This document shows positions 19,978 to 29,191 of a DNA stretch of 64,000 nt, piece after piece. The position numbers were made by a program, and so were the translations under genes. The notes under the pieces are model-generated. The model saw nothing but the letters and a program-made list of their open reading frames with translations, ran no database searches and was not told the origin of the DNA. Each line of letters starts with the position of its first letter. Within the stretch, counting starts at the first letter, position 1. Source of the DNA: a bacterium (GTDB taxonomy: Bacteria > Patescibacteriota > Minisyncoccia > Portnoybacterales > GWB1-42-6); contig JAZDMV010000008.1 of assembly GCA_043800535.1 (NCBI GenBank), forward strand, positions 9,251 through 73,250, read 5' to 3'.

Positions 19978-21183
19978 ATGCAGAAAAAGATTTTTAGTGC
20001 GTTTGTCATAATTATTTTATTAGCAGGCAGTTTCTACGCCGGTTTCTGGTATGGCCAGAATTTCAGGCCTTCAATAGAAAAAGTCGGCGGTATTTTTAAT
20101 ATGGAAACGGGCAAGCCCGAAAATGTTGACTTCAGTTTATTCTGGGACGCGTGGGCTAAGCTCGAAGAAAAATATGTAAATAGAGCTAAAGTTGATTATC
20201 AAAAAATGGTTTTTGGCGCGATAGACGGCATGGTTAAATCGTTGGGGGATCCATACACGGTCTTTATGCCGCCGGAAGAGGCAAAAAAATTCGGTGAAGA
20301 CATTAAAGGTAGCTTTGACGGCATTGGCGTGGAAATCGGGATGCGTAACAATATCTTAACGGTTGTGGCACCGCTGGAAAATTCACCGGGCAAACGGGCG
20401 GGCCTGCAGGCAGGAGACAAAATTTTAAAAATTGATGATAAAATGACCACTGACCTATCGGTTGATGAAGCGGTCAATCTGATACGCGGGCCAAAGGGAA
20501 CACAGGTGACGCTTACAATTTCGCGGGAGAGTGTAAGGGAACCTAAAGAATTTAAAATCACGCGCGATACAATTCAGGTGCCGATTTTAAAGTATGAAAT
20601 AAAAGATGCGGGCAATAAAAAGATCGCCTATGTGCAGCTTTATCAGTTTACCGAAAATGCGGGGGCTGAATTCAGAAAAGTTGTGAATGAGATACTGGGC
20701 TCTTCAGCAGACGGGATTGTGCTGGATTTGCGCGATAATCCTGGCGGATATCTTGAGGTGGCAGTTGATATAGCCAGCTGGTTTACTGACCGCGGCCAGC
20801 TTATTGTCAGCGAGGATTTTGGAAACGGAAACAAAGACGAGCATAACAGTTTCGGCTACGCTAAATTGAAATCTTATCCGACGGTTGTATTGATAAATCA
20901 GGGTTCTGCTTCGGCTTCGGAGATTCTGGCAGGCGCCCTGCGCGACGACAGGGGCATAAAACTGGTCGGCCAAAAATCATTTGGCAAAGGGTCGGTGCAG
21001 GAATTGGAAGAAATGAGAGGCGGCAGTTCGCTTAAATTAACAGTTGCCAAATGGCTGACGCCTTCCGGTCATTCCATCATGGAGCAGGGGCTTGAGCCGG
21101 ACGAAAAAGTTGATCTGACGCAAGCTGACTTTGACGCGGGCAAAGATCCGCAGCTGGATAAGGCGTTGGAGATGTTGAAATGA
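19978..21183 (+). CDS. C-terminal processing protease (S41, CtpA-like)
   Basis: DPYT, PDZ domain, DLRDNPGG, SASASEI, FGKGSVQ. Confidence 0.93.
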   Translation: MQKKIFSAFVIIILLAGSFYAGFWYGQNFRPSIEKVGGIFNMETGKPENVDFSLFWDAWAKLEEKYVNRAKVDYQKMVFGAIDGMVKSLGDPYTVFMPPEEAKKFGEDIKGSFDGIGVEIGMRNNILTVVAPLENSPGKRAGLQAGDKILKIDDKMTTDLSVDEAVNLIRGPKGTQVTLTISRESVREPKEFKITRDTIQVPILKYEIKDAGNKKIAYVQLYQFTENAGAEFRKVVNEILGSSADGIVLDLRDNPGGYLEVAVDIASWFTDRGQLIVSEDFGNGNKDEHNSFGYAKLKSYPTVVLINQGSASASEILAGALRDDRGIKLVGQKSFGKGSVQELEEMRGGSSLKLTVAKWLTPSGHSIMEQGLEPDEKVDLTQADFDAGKDPQLDKALEMLK

Positions 21184-21452
21184 TAAGGTCCGCGGCAATA
21201 CAGATTTTTGGCGAAGTACAGGGTGTTTTTTTTCGGGCGTTTGTTAAAGAAAGAGCCGATGAATTGGGCCTATCTGGTTGGGCGCGCAATGCGGCGGGCG
21301 GGATAGTGGAAATTGTGGCCGAGGGCAAGGAAGAAAATTTAAAAAAATTGATTGAGTATTGCAAAGAAGGCCCGAAATTTGCTAAAGTAGATAGAGTTGA
21401 AGTAAAATGGATTGAAGCGGAAGGAAAACTCAAGACATTTGAAATAAAATGA
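21180..21452 (+). CDS. acyP: Acylphosphatase
   Basis: GEVQGVFFR, GWARN, GP. Confidence 0.9.
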   Translation: MIRSAAIQIFGEVQGVFFRAFVKERADELGLSGWARNAAGGIVEIVAEGKEENLKKLIEYCKEGPKFAKVDRVEVKWIEAEGKLKTFEIK

Positions 21453-21568
21453 CGCAGTAGCGTCATCCAGAGGCGCGCAGCGCCGAAGGATCCCGCGCGA
21501 TGACAGTTATTGACTTAGCGGACGGGATTGCTTCGTCGTTTCACTCCTCGCAATGACAAAAATGAGCT

Positions 21569-22033
21569 ATGAAAATTATTCTCTTAAAGGACGTAGAAAA
21601 ATTAGGAAAGAGATTTGACGTTAAAGACGTGGCAGACGGATTTGCCCGGAATTTTTTGCTGCCAAAAGGTTTGGCAAAACCGGCAACCGGATCCGCTCTC
21701 AAGAGCTTAGAGGCAGAGAAGGCGGCAGCGGAAACGGCGGCTGAAATGGATTTGAAAGTGGCGGAAGAGGCAGTGGCCGGGCTGGATGGCCAGGAAATAG
21801 AAATAAAAGCAAAAGCAGGCGAAGACGGCAAATTATACGGCGCAATAACGCCAGTCAAAATCGTAAAAATTTTAAAAGACAAAGGATTTAATGTAAAAAA
21901 GAATCAGGTCAAGCTGGCGTTGCCCATCAAAGAAATAGGGGAGTATGATATTGTTTTGGAACTGTCACACGGGCTGGAGGCAAAAGTCAAAATTATTGTT
22001 ACAGAAGAAGAACGCGCCCCGGAAGAAATTTAA
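21569..22033 (+). CDS. rplI: 50S ribosomal protein L9
   Basis: MKIILLKDVEKLG, GFARNFLLP, GKLYGAI. Confidence 0.96.
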   Translation: MKIILLKDVEKLGKRFDVKDVADGFARNFLLPKGLAKPATGSALKSLEAEKAAAETAAEMDLKVAEEAVAGLDGQEIEIKAKAGEDGKLYGAITPVKIVKILKDKGFNVKKNQVKLALPIKEIGEYDIVLELSHGLEAKVKIIVTEEERAPEEI

Positions 22034-22117
22034 TTGCATCAGGAATCATGAATCAAGAGCCGTGAATTTTAAGATATAATTCTTAATTTACGATTCTTAA
22101 TTCATGATTCAAGTTTT

Positions 22118-23746
22118 GTGGCCAAATATATTTTTGTCGCAGGAGGGGTCATGTCTGGCGTGGGCAAAGGAGTCGCAACCGCTTCCATCGGCAAAATCAT
22201 CCAGGCGCGCGGTTTTTCCGTTACCGCCATAAAAATTGACCCATATGTAAACGTTGACGCGGGCACAATGAACCCCACCGAACACGGTGAGGTTTTTGTT
22301 TTGGATGAGGGAACGGAATGCGACCAGGACATGGGAAATTATGAGCGGTTTTTAGGCGTTGATCTACCTGCGGCAAATTATATGACAACGGGCAGTATTT
22401 ATGAAACGGTTATCAGGCGCGAGCGCAATATGGGATATGAAGGGAAATGTGTTGAAGTTGTGCCGCATATTCCGCTGGAAGTGATAGACAGGATAGAAAA
22501 AGCTGTCAAAAGATCCAAGGCAGACTTTATTATGATTGAAATTGGCGGAACGGTCGGCGAATACCAAAATGTTTTGTTCCTGGAGGCGGCAAGGATGTTA
22601 AAATTAAAAAAGCCAAAAGACGTGCTTTTTGTTTTGGTGAGCTACCTGCCTATACCGAGCAAAATCGGCGAGATGAAGACAAAGCCGACGCAATACGCGG
22701 TGCGTACGCTAAATTCTGCAGGCATCCAGCCGGATTTTATTCTTGCGCGCGCGGCCGTTCCTTTGGACAAAAAAAGAAAAGAGAAGATCGCGTTAAATTG
22801 CAATATGCACGAACAGGATGTTATTTCTGCGCCAGACATAGAAACAATTTATGAGGTGCCGACAAATTTTGAAAAAGACAAACTGAGCGATTTGATTCTT
22901 GAAAAACTGGAAATTAAATCAAGGCAGTCGGATTTAAAAGAATGGAAAGAATTGACCAGGATTGTCAGGAACGCAAAAAAGCCAGTGAAAATTGGAATCG
23001 TGGGAAAATATTTTGGCACGGGTGATTTTATTTTATCTGACGCCTACCTTTCCGTTATTGAGGCGATTAAACACGCGGCGTTTTTCCACAAAAGAAAACC
23101 TGTGGCTGAGTGGATAAATGCGGAAAAATTTGAGCAAGACCTAAGGTCAGTAAAAGAGTTGAAACAGTATGACGGCATTATTGTGCCGGGCGGTTTTGGT
23201 TCGCGGGGCATTGAAGGAAAAATTAAAGCAATTGAATTTTGCCGCAAAAATAAAATTCCATTTCTGGGACTATGCTATGGCATGCAATTGGCCGTAATTG
23301 AATTTGCGCGGCACGTCTGCGGGCTGAAAGGCGCGCACACGACCGAAATTGACAGAGAGACAAAAAATCCGGTGGTTGATATAATGCCTGAACAGAAGAA
23401 AAATCTTGAAGATAAAAATTACGGTGCCACAATGCGGCTGGGCGCGTATCCGGCGGCTCTAGCAATGCGCACGCAGGCATTCGCCGCGTATAAAAAGCAT
23501 TTGATTTCCGAACGCCACCGCCACCGATGGGAAGTGAATCCGGAATATATAGAGACGCTTGAGAAAAATGGACTTGTGTTTTCTGGTAAATCGCCTGACG
23601 GAAGATTAATGGAAATCGCCGAGCTACCGGCAAGGGAACATCCGTTTTTTCTTGGCACGCAGTTTCATCCGGAATTTAAATCGCGGCCGCTTGACCCACA
23701 TCCGTTGTTTAGGGAGTTTATAGGGGCAGCAATTTCGCGGAAATAA
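22118..23746 (+). CDS. pyrG: CTP synthase
   Basis: KYIFVAGGVMSGVGKG, KTKPTQ, GLCYGMQ, ERHRHR, QFHPEF. Confidence 0.97.
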   Translation: MAKYIFVAGGVMSGVGKGVATASIGKIIQARGFSVTAIKIDPYVNVDAGTMNPTEHGEVFVLDEGTECDQDMGNYERFLGVDLPAANYMTTGSIYETVIRRERNMGYEGKCVEVVPHIPLEVIDRIEKAVKRSKADFIMIEIGGTVGEYQNVLFLEAARMLKLKKPKDVLFVLVSYLPIPSKIGEMKTKPTQYAVRTLNSAGIQPDFILARAAVPLDKKRKEKIALNCNMHEQDVISAPDIETIYEVPTNFEKDKLSDLILEKLEIKSRQSDLKEWKELTRIVRNAKKPVKIGIVGKYFGTGDFILSDAYLSVIEAIKHAAFFHKRKPVAEWINAEKFEQDLRSVKELKQYDGIIVPGGFGSRGIEGKIKAIEFCRKNKIPFLGLCYGMQLAVIEFARHVCGLKGAHTTEIDRETKNPVVDIMPEQKKNLEDKNYGATMRLGAYPAALAMRTQAFAAYKKHLISERHRHRWEVNPEYIETLEKNGLVFSGKSPDGRLMEIAELPAREHPFFLGTQFHPEFKSRPLDPHPLFREFIGAAISRK

Positions 23747-23796
23747 AGCACCCCTCTTTTGTGAAGAGGGGGCAAGGAGATATGTGGCAGAGCGGA

Positions 23797-24078
23797 TTAC
23801 TTTTTCGCGATTACATTAACAATTTTTGCTTCTCGTCTGTTCCCGTCAAATCTTGTGACATTTTTTGTTTTAAATTCCACAACGCCTTCTTTTAAAGAAT
23901 AAATCGTGTCGTCTGAGCCATATTTTGTGTTTTTGCCGGCAATGAATTTTGTGCCTCGCTGGCGGACGATAATAGAGCCGGGCTTGGCTTTTTCGCCGGC
24001 AAAGAGCTTAACGCCTAAGTATTTAGGTTGGGAATCGCGGCCAAGACGAGATGTGCCGGCCGCCTTTGTATGCGCCAT
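23797..24078 (-). CDS. rpmA: 50S ribosomal protein L27
   Basis: [20 protein letters not shown]. Confidence 0.97.
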   Translation of the reverse strand: MAHTKAAGTSRLGRDSQPKYLGVKLFAGEKAKPGSIIVRQRGTKFIAGKNTKYGSDDTIYSLKEGVVEFKTKNVTRFDGNRREAKIVNVIAKK

Positions 24079-24158
24079 ATTATAGTTATATGTTTAAAGT
24101 TAAAAGTGTAAAATTGCAGAAAAATATAACAAATAAAGCATAGCAAATAAAAAGTGCG

Positions 24159-24593
24159 ATGTCAACGTCAGAAAAAGCAATTAAAATAGGGGAGTGGGCA
24201 AAGAAAAATCAGGGCGATATAGCGCTTGTGGCGGGATTTGTTTTAGTTGCCCTGATAAGCTTTGGGCTCGGTTATCTTAGCGCCCCCGGTGTTTCAAAAA
24301 GCGAACTTAAAATACAGGATTTGCAGTCCGACATCAGCCAGACGGCGGTGGACGCGGTAGTGGGGGACGGTGCGGCGGTTAACATGGGCAATTCGCAGCC
24401 GAGCACGGAAAAAGGCACTATTGTTGCGTCAAAATACGGCACAAAATATCACTGGCCCTGGTGTAGTTTTGCAAAAAATATAAAACCGGAAAATGAAGTT
24501 TGGTTCAAGACCGAGGCCGAAGCGAAGGCAGCAGGGTATTCGGCCTGTGGCTGTATCAAAAGCAAAGCGCCGGCAGGATACACGGCGCAATGA
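24159..24593 (+). CDS. Membrane protein with Ada-type metal-binding-like C-terminal domain
   Basis: TM helix then ASKYGTKYH..WC...WF....EA..AGY. Confidence 0.7.
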   Translation: MSTSEKAIKIGEWAKKNQGDIALVAGFVLVALISFGLGYLSAPGVSKSELKIQDLQSDISQTAVDAVVGDGAAVNMGNSQPSTEKGTIVASKYGTKYHWPWCSFAKNIKPENEVWFKTEAEAKAAGYSACGCIKSKAPAGYTAQ

Positions 24594-24870
24594 AATCCTT
24601 AGAAGCTTACTAGACATACACTCCCGTGCTCCCGAGCACGGGAGTGTATGTGCGATTGGTGTTTTGATGGGAAATAGGGAAAAAATCGTGCATGTAATTC
24701 TTTCATACTTGCAAGCAGGAAAGAATTACAGGAAGTATGCATAATGTAAGAATTTTAAAGACCCTGCGGTTTGGCAGGGTCTTTTTTGCGTATTGCGGGA
24801 ATGGCGGAGAAAAAAGAAAAATGGCTGACGAAATAAGCTTGTCAGCCATTGGATTTGGGTGCGTTAGTAT

Positions 24871-25161
24871 TCAGGTTTGCGCGGAAAATTTTCGCTCGAG
24901 TCGCTCAGTCAGACAATAAGACAATACTGCGATTGCAGAACAAAGGAGCCCAAGGATGTATATGGTTACGTAGAATTGGGTAGAAAAGCATACATTCCAA
25001 ATTTGCTTGAGGATCGTGGTTCTGTCAAATAGAAATATTGCAGAACCCGCTCCGATGAGCCAGCAGGCCGCAAGCCCAAAAAAGAACATAGACAGACGCG
25101 CAAGCGCCAGGGGCCAATATACTGATATGCGATAATGCGGATAAGTTCGAACACTTGCCAT
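24871..25161 (-). CDS. Hypothetical membrane protein
   Basis: SD GGAGGTG; own promoter TTGACT-N17-TAAAGT at 25305-25333. Confidence 0.6.
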   Translation of the reverse strand: MASVRTYPHYRISVYWPLALARLSMFFFGLAACWLIGAGSAIFLFDRTTILKQIWNVCFSTQFYVTIYILGLLCSAIAVLSYCLTERLERKFSAQT

Positions 25162-25329
25162 AGCGCACCTCCGTGAGTTTATTTTTGAAGAACTTGGAGG
25201 GGAACCGTTTTGGTTCCCCTCGGGCAGAAAAGGGGCGGGAAGGAGTCGAACGATCCGCCACGTAAACTTAAGTGGTTATGCCAGATCACCCCTGCCTTAG
25301 AGTCACTTTATTAGAAGCGAAGCCAAAAG

Positions 25330-26490
25330 TCAATTTTTTGACCTTTTATTTTTTGTCGGCGTCAAGGCCTTGAACTCTTTGTGTATTTTTTTTGCCTTTT
25401 CTGCTTTTTGCCGCAGATCAGGCGGCAGTTCTTTTATCACTTTTTTCAATTTTATCTCATCAAGCTTCAGAACATCGTTCAAGCGCCCGAGCGGCTCAAG
25501 GATGTCTTTTATCATCTGCCAGTCATATTTGAAGCGTTGGATCGTCTGGCGAGTGATGTAACCGTCATCGCCGAACAGCCGTTCCAGGCCTTCCTGGTCC
25601 ATGAATTTTGAAAAATCTGATTTTATCTGGCCTATTTTTTTGTCGCGTTCATCAATTTCGTCTTTAAGCTGGAAATATTCGCCAATTAGCGCTTTGACGT
25701 CCTGGTCGTTGAAAATTATTTTTTCTTCTTTGAATTTATGTTTGAAAAGGGGACACCATCGCTGATAGGCGCACCAGTCGCAAAGAGGATTCGGCACGGG
25801 CGGGAATTTTTCTTCAGAATGTGCTTTTTTGATCTTTTCCAGCATTCCGATAGCTCCTTCTTGTGTCTGTGTCAAATCATTAGCCGAGCGCAGGGAAGAA
25901 AGTTTCTCGCCGTGCTTCAAATAATATAAGCTGACTTTTACCGGCCGATCTTCTTCTTTTATTTTCGGCCAGCGGTTGGCGAGGCCCAGGTGATATAGAG
26001 AAAGCTGCAGATCCGTGTCCACGTTTTTTTGCGCGGGCATTTTTTTTGTCGTTTTATAATCAATTACCTCAAACGCATCATTTTCTATTTTATCAATGCG
26101 GTCAATTTTGCCCGTGATAAAATGGGTTTCTTGGCCTATGGACATAGGCACCTCAAAAGGCGTCTCTAGTGCCAATATATCAAATTGTTGTCCGGAATTT
26201 TTTGCAAAATAATTTTTTAAGATCTGGACGCCTTGCGCAAAAGCCGCGGCTTCCTGCCGCGGATCTGGAAATATATCTGGCTGCCAGTTCTGGCTCCAAA
26301 AACTGAGCAGGTCCTCTTCAGTAGGGGAGAAAGGCCGGCCGGGGTCGTGAAAATGCTTGAGGGCAGAATGAATTAAGGTTCCAAAAATCGCGTCGCCGGA
26401 TTTTGGGACTTTTATTTTATCAATATATTGAAATTTATATTTTGCCGGACACAATTTAAAAGTGTCCAAAGCGGAGTAGGAGAGGCGCAT
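25330..26490 (-). CDS. PD-(D/E)XK nuclease, RecB/Cas4-like, with C-terminal helical extension
   Basis: LSYS...CP, GKIDRID, IDYKT, QL..Y, CDWC...CP; start MRLSYS. Confidence 0.85.
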   Translation of the reverse strand: MRLSYSALDTFKLCPAKYKFQYIDKIKVPKSGDAIFGTLIHSALKHFHDPGRPFSPTEEDLLSFWSQNWQPDIFPDPRQEAAAFAQGVQILKNYFAKNSGQQFDILALETPFEVPMSIGQETHFITGKIDRIDKIENDAFEVIDYKTTKKMPAQKNVDTDLQLSLYHLGLANRWPKIKEEDRPVKVSLYYLKHGEKLSSLRSANDLTQTQEGAIGMLEKIKKAHSEEKFPPVPNPLCDWCAYQRWCPLFKHKFKEEKIIFNDQDVKALIGEYFQLKDEIDERDKKIGQIKSDFSKFMDQEGLERLFGDDGYITRQTIQRFKYDWQMIKDILEPLGRLNDVLKLDEIKLKKVIKELPPDLRQKAEKAKKIHKEFKALTPTKNKRSKN

Positions 26491-26634
26491 AAAAGATGTT
26501 TCACCACCTAGAGGGGATATGAAGGTTTTGCCTATATAGGACGTCGCACAACATTCCTTTTGCGACACATTATATTAAGAAAGCGGAGAGGGGGCTGGCT
26601 ATATTGTTCGGGCTTAGCGATAGCTACTCTTAAA

Positions 26635-27024
26635 TTATTTTATCAATTCCCCTATTTGTTTGAATATATTTTTTCCTAACGCAATTATATTATCTATTAC
26701 CTCCCCTGAAAAACGGATAAAATCAGAAAAAATACTTTTTATGTTTTTGTCGCCGTTTTGCTCTTTAAATTGATTTATAAGGTCTTTGACCGCCGGCTGG
26801 CCTGCCTGGTCTGTTGCCGAGGCATATATGGCGGCCTGGCCCCAGGCCTCCCCAGCCGATAAGGCCCGAAAAGACGGGCTCAAACCCAGCTCCCCAGGCA
26901 CATTTTTGACCCAAACCAGCCTCTGAGCCAGCCCCTGGCCCAAAAGCCCTTCCTGGGCCAAAATAAGGCCTTCTGAGCCGAACATAACGATTAAAAAGGC
27001 GATGACCATGAGTCTTTTAGGCAT
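26635..27024 (-). CDS. Hypothetical secreted or membrane protein
   Basis: Signal-like N-terminus MPKRLMVIAFLIV. Confidence 0.5.
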   Translation of the reverse strand: MPKRLMVIAFLIVMFGSEGLILAQEGLLGQGLAQRLVWVKNVPGELGLSPSFRALSAGEAWGQAAIYASATDQAGQPAVKDLINQFKEQNGDKNIKSIFSDFIRFSGEVIDNIIALGKNIFKQIGELIK

Positions 27025-27064
27025 ATATTTGAGATGGTTAGTATTATGTCGCACAATAATATGA

Positions 27065-27931
27065 CTAAGCTTCTACTCGCCACATGTTATTTGAAGTTGT
27101 CTGCCAAAGCATGCTCTCGCCTATCAGGTTCATAAACTTCTGTTTTGAGATATTTTTGAAATCGCCGCAGTCAAAATATTGATTGCCTTTTGATTTTAAT
27201 ATCCGCGACCGGGCGCTGATTATAAGATATACAGAATTTGTGCGGCTTACGTTATGTCTGCGGCTGACATTTGATAGGTTGCTAAACTTTTTGATAGTTT
27301 GGCTGGCAATCTGGCTGAATTCTTTTTCGGAAATAAAAAATTTTTTCTTATTTTTTTTCCCCTGCCCCAAGTCAAGGAATTTTAGCAGTCGCCAGGCGTC
27401 CGGCTGATATAAATTTCTCGCCTGAAAAAGCACTTTTCCAATATCTATGATATTATTTTTATTTATTTTGGAAACGAGAGTGGAAATCTTTATTTTAAAA
27501 TTAGGCTTGTGTTTCTTAAAATATTTTAAAAGATTGACGGTAGTCTTGAATTGGTCAAACGAAGATCTGATTTTGGCGCTGTCTTTTGGAGTTGCACCGT
27601 CCAAAGGCAGGCCGAGCCACTGTATGCATTTATTCAATATATCAATTCTCTTTGGCGTAAAGGCTAGTCCGTTGGTAGCAAAAGAGATTTTAAACTTTTT
27701 TTTATGCGCGTATTCAAAGATTTGTGGCGCGTCTGGCCGTAAAAAAACTTCGCCGCCAAGAATTCCCAAGCGTTCAAACCCAAAATTTTTTATTTTATCT
27801 ATTATTTTTTTGACAGTTTTAAGATCCTCTCCATATACATCGCGCGAATCCCGGTAACAAAATTCACAGTTTGAATTGCAAAGGCCGGTGACGCGCAAAT
27901 AAATTGTTGTATTTTTTACCAAATCCAGCAT
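27065..27931 (-). CDS. Radical SAM protein (no SPASM domain)
   Basis: CNSNCEFC, GGE, TNG, LDG; AT-rich. Confidence 0.88.
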   Translation of the reverse strand: MLDLVKNTTIYLRVTGLCNSNCEFCYRDSRDVYGEDLKTVKKIIDKIKNFGFERLGILGGEVFLRPDAPQIFEYAHKKKFKISFATNGLAFTPKRIDILNKCIQWLGLPLDGATPKDSAKIRSSFDQFKTTVNLLKYFKKHKPNFKIKISTLVSKINKNNIIDIGKVLFQARNLYQPDAWRLLKFLDLGQGKKNKKKFFISEKEFSQIASQTIKKFSNLSNVSRRHNVSRTNSVYLIISARSRILKSKGNQYFDCGDFKNISKQKFMNLIGESMLWQTTSNNMWRVEA

Positions 27932-27956
27932 GCAAAAAGAAAACTGGCCGGTTTGT

Positions 27957-29186
27957 TTACAAATAATTCATCGGATTAACCGAGCCGCCGAGCGGCAAGA
28001 GACCATACCATTTGCTTTCAACTGAAAAAGTATTTGTGGCGTAAACCGTAAAATGCAGATGCGGGCCGGTGGAAAATCCCGTGTTGCCCGAATAGCCGAT
28101 GGTCTGACCGCGCGTCACCTTCTGGCCAACCGATACCGCGTAGCCGGAAAAGTGGGCGTATAAGGTTATCAAGCCGTTCTGGTGGTCAATGGCAATCCAC
28201 TTGCCATATGCGTATTTTCCGTTGTCCCCCATTGCCTTGACAACGCCGCTATCCGCGGCCTTGACAGGCGTTCCGGATTTTACCGCAAAATCAACGCCGT
28301 TGTGAAAACTGTAGGCGCTATTTATAAAACCGGTCTGGGAAGTCGCGCCGTAACCTTGGCTGATGCTGCCGGATACCGGCCAAAGCAGGAGCCCCGAATG
28401 AGAACCGGGCAGGGAGTTTGGATTGACAAGCAGGCGGAGTTTTTCTTCAAGCGCGAATATCTCTTTCTCGATCGCTTCCTGTTTTTTCTCAAGGTCGGTT
28501 TTTATCTGCTGGTATTTTTTTTCCTGATTTTTTGTTTCGGTGAGCAGATTCGTTTTTTTGTCTTTCTGGCTGTCCAGCGCCAGGTTTTTGCCGGAGAGCT
28601 GGTCGCGCAGGTCTTCCAGTGAATCTTTTTGCGCCTGCCAGTCGCTCTTTTCGCCTTCAAGCTGTCCTTTCAGCGCTTTTATTTCATCAAGCTTTTCTTT
28701 GAGGCCCTGCTGGAGATTATCTGTAAATTGCACCTGATTTAAAATTGCTGAAAAATTGGCGCTGGCCATGACCATATGCAGAGGCGTGGTTTGGTCGTAT
28801 TCGTTGATTAATCTTATTGTTTCGGCCAGATTGGTTTTTTGTTTCTGGATTTGGGCTTCCTGGACAGTGATATCGGCGGAAAGACCCTGGATTTTTAAAG
28901 TGGTGGCGGAAATTTTGGTTTTAGTGAGCTTAATTTCTGCTTCCAGCTGCTTTATCTGGGTTTCCATACTCTTTATTTGTTTTGAGAGCGAGCTTTCCAG
29001 CGATTTTTGGTTTTTTATTTCTTCGTTATAGGCAGCTATTTGTTTTTCAAGCTCCTGGATCTGGGCTTGCTTATCCTGGATCTGTCGTTGAAGCTCTTCC
29101 TGGGTTTCGGCCAATGCTAAGACAGGCGCACCAACAAGCACCGTCAGAACGATAAACGTGATAATCCGTAAGAATCCTTTTTGCAT
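27957..29186 (-). CDS. M23 peptidase with long coiled coil (EnvC-like)
   Basis: HNGVD, YAH, STGPHLHF. Confidence 0.9.
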   Translation of the reverse strand: MQKGFLRIITFIVLTVLVGAPVLALAETQEELQRQIQDKQAQIQELEKQIAAYNEEIKNQKSLESSLSKQIKSMETQIKQLEAEIKLTKTKISATTLKIQGLSADITVQEAQIQKQKTNLAETIRLINEYDQTTPLHMVMASANFSAILNQVQFTDNLQQGLKEKLDEIKALKGQLEGEKSDWQAQKDSLEDLRDQLSGKNLALDSQKDKKTNLLTETKNQEKKYQQIKTDLEKKQEAIEKEIFALEEKLRLLVNPNSLPGSHSGLLLWPVSGSISQGYGATSQTGFINSAYSFHNGVDFAVKSGTPVKAADSGVVKAMGDNGKYAYGKWIAIDHQNGLITLYAHFSGYAVSVGQKVTRGQTIGYSGNTGFSTGPHLHFTVYATNTFSVESKWYGLLPLGGSVNPMNYL

Positions 29187-29191
29187 TATTT

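Noticed and set aside
24600-24870. Replication terminus or dif site at the switch from mostly + to mostly - genes (AGTATGCATAATGTA resembles the XerC arm)
   Set aside because: The XerD arm does not match, the sequence is part of a local hairpin, and spot checks by eye did not show a clear GC-skew flip.
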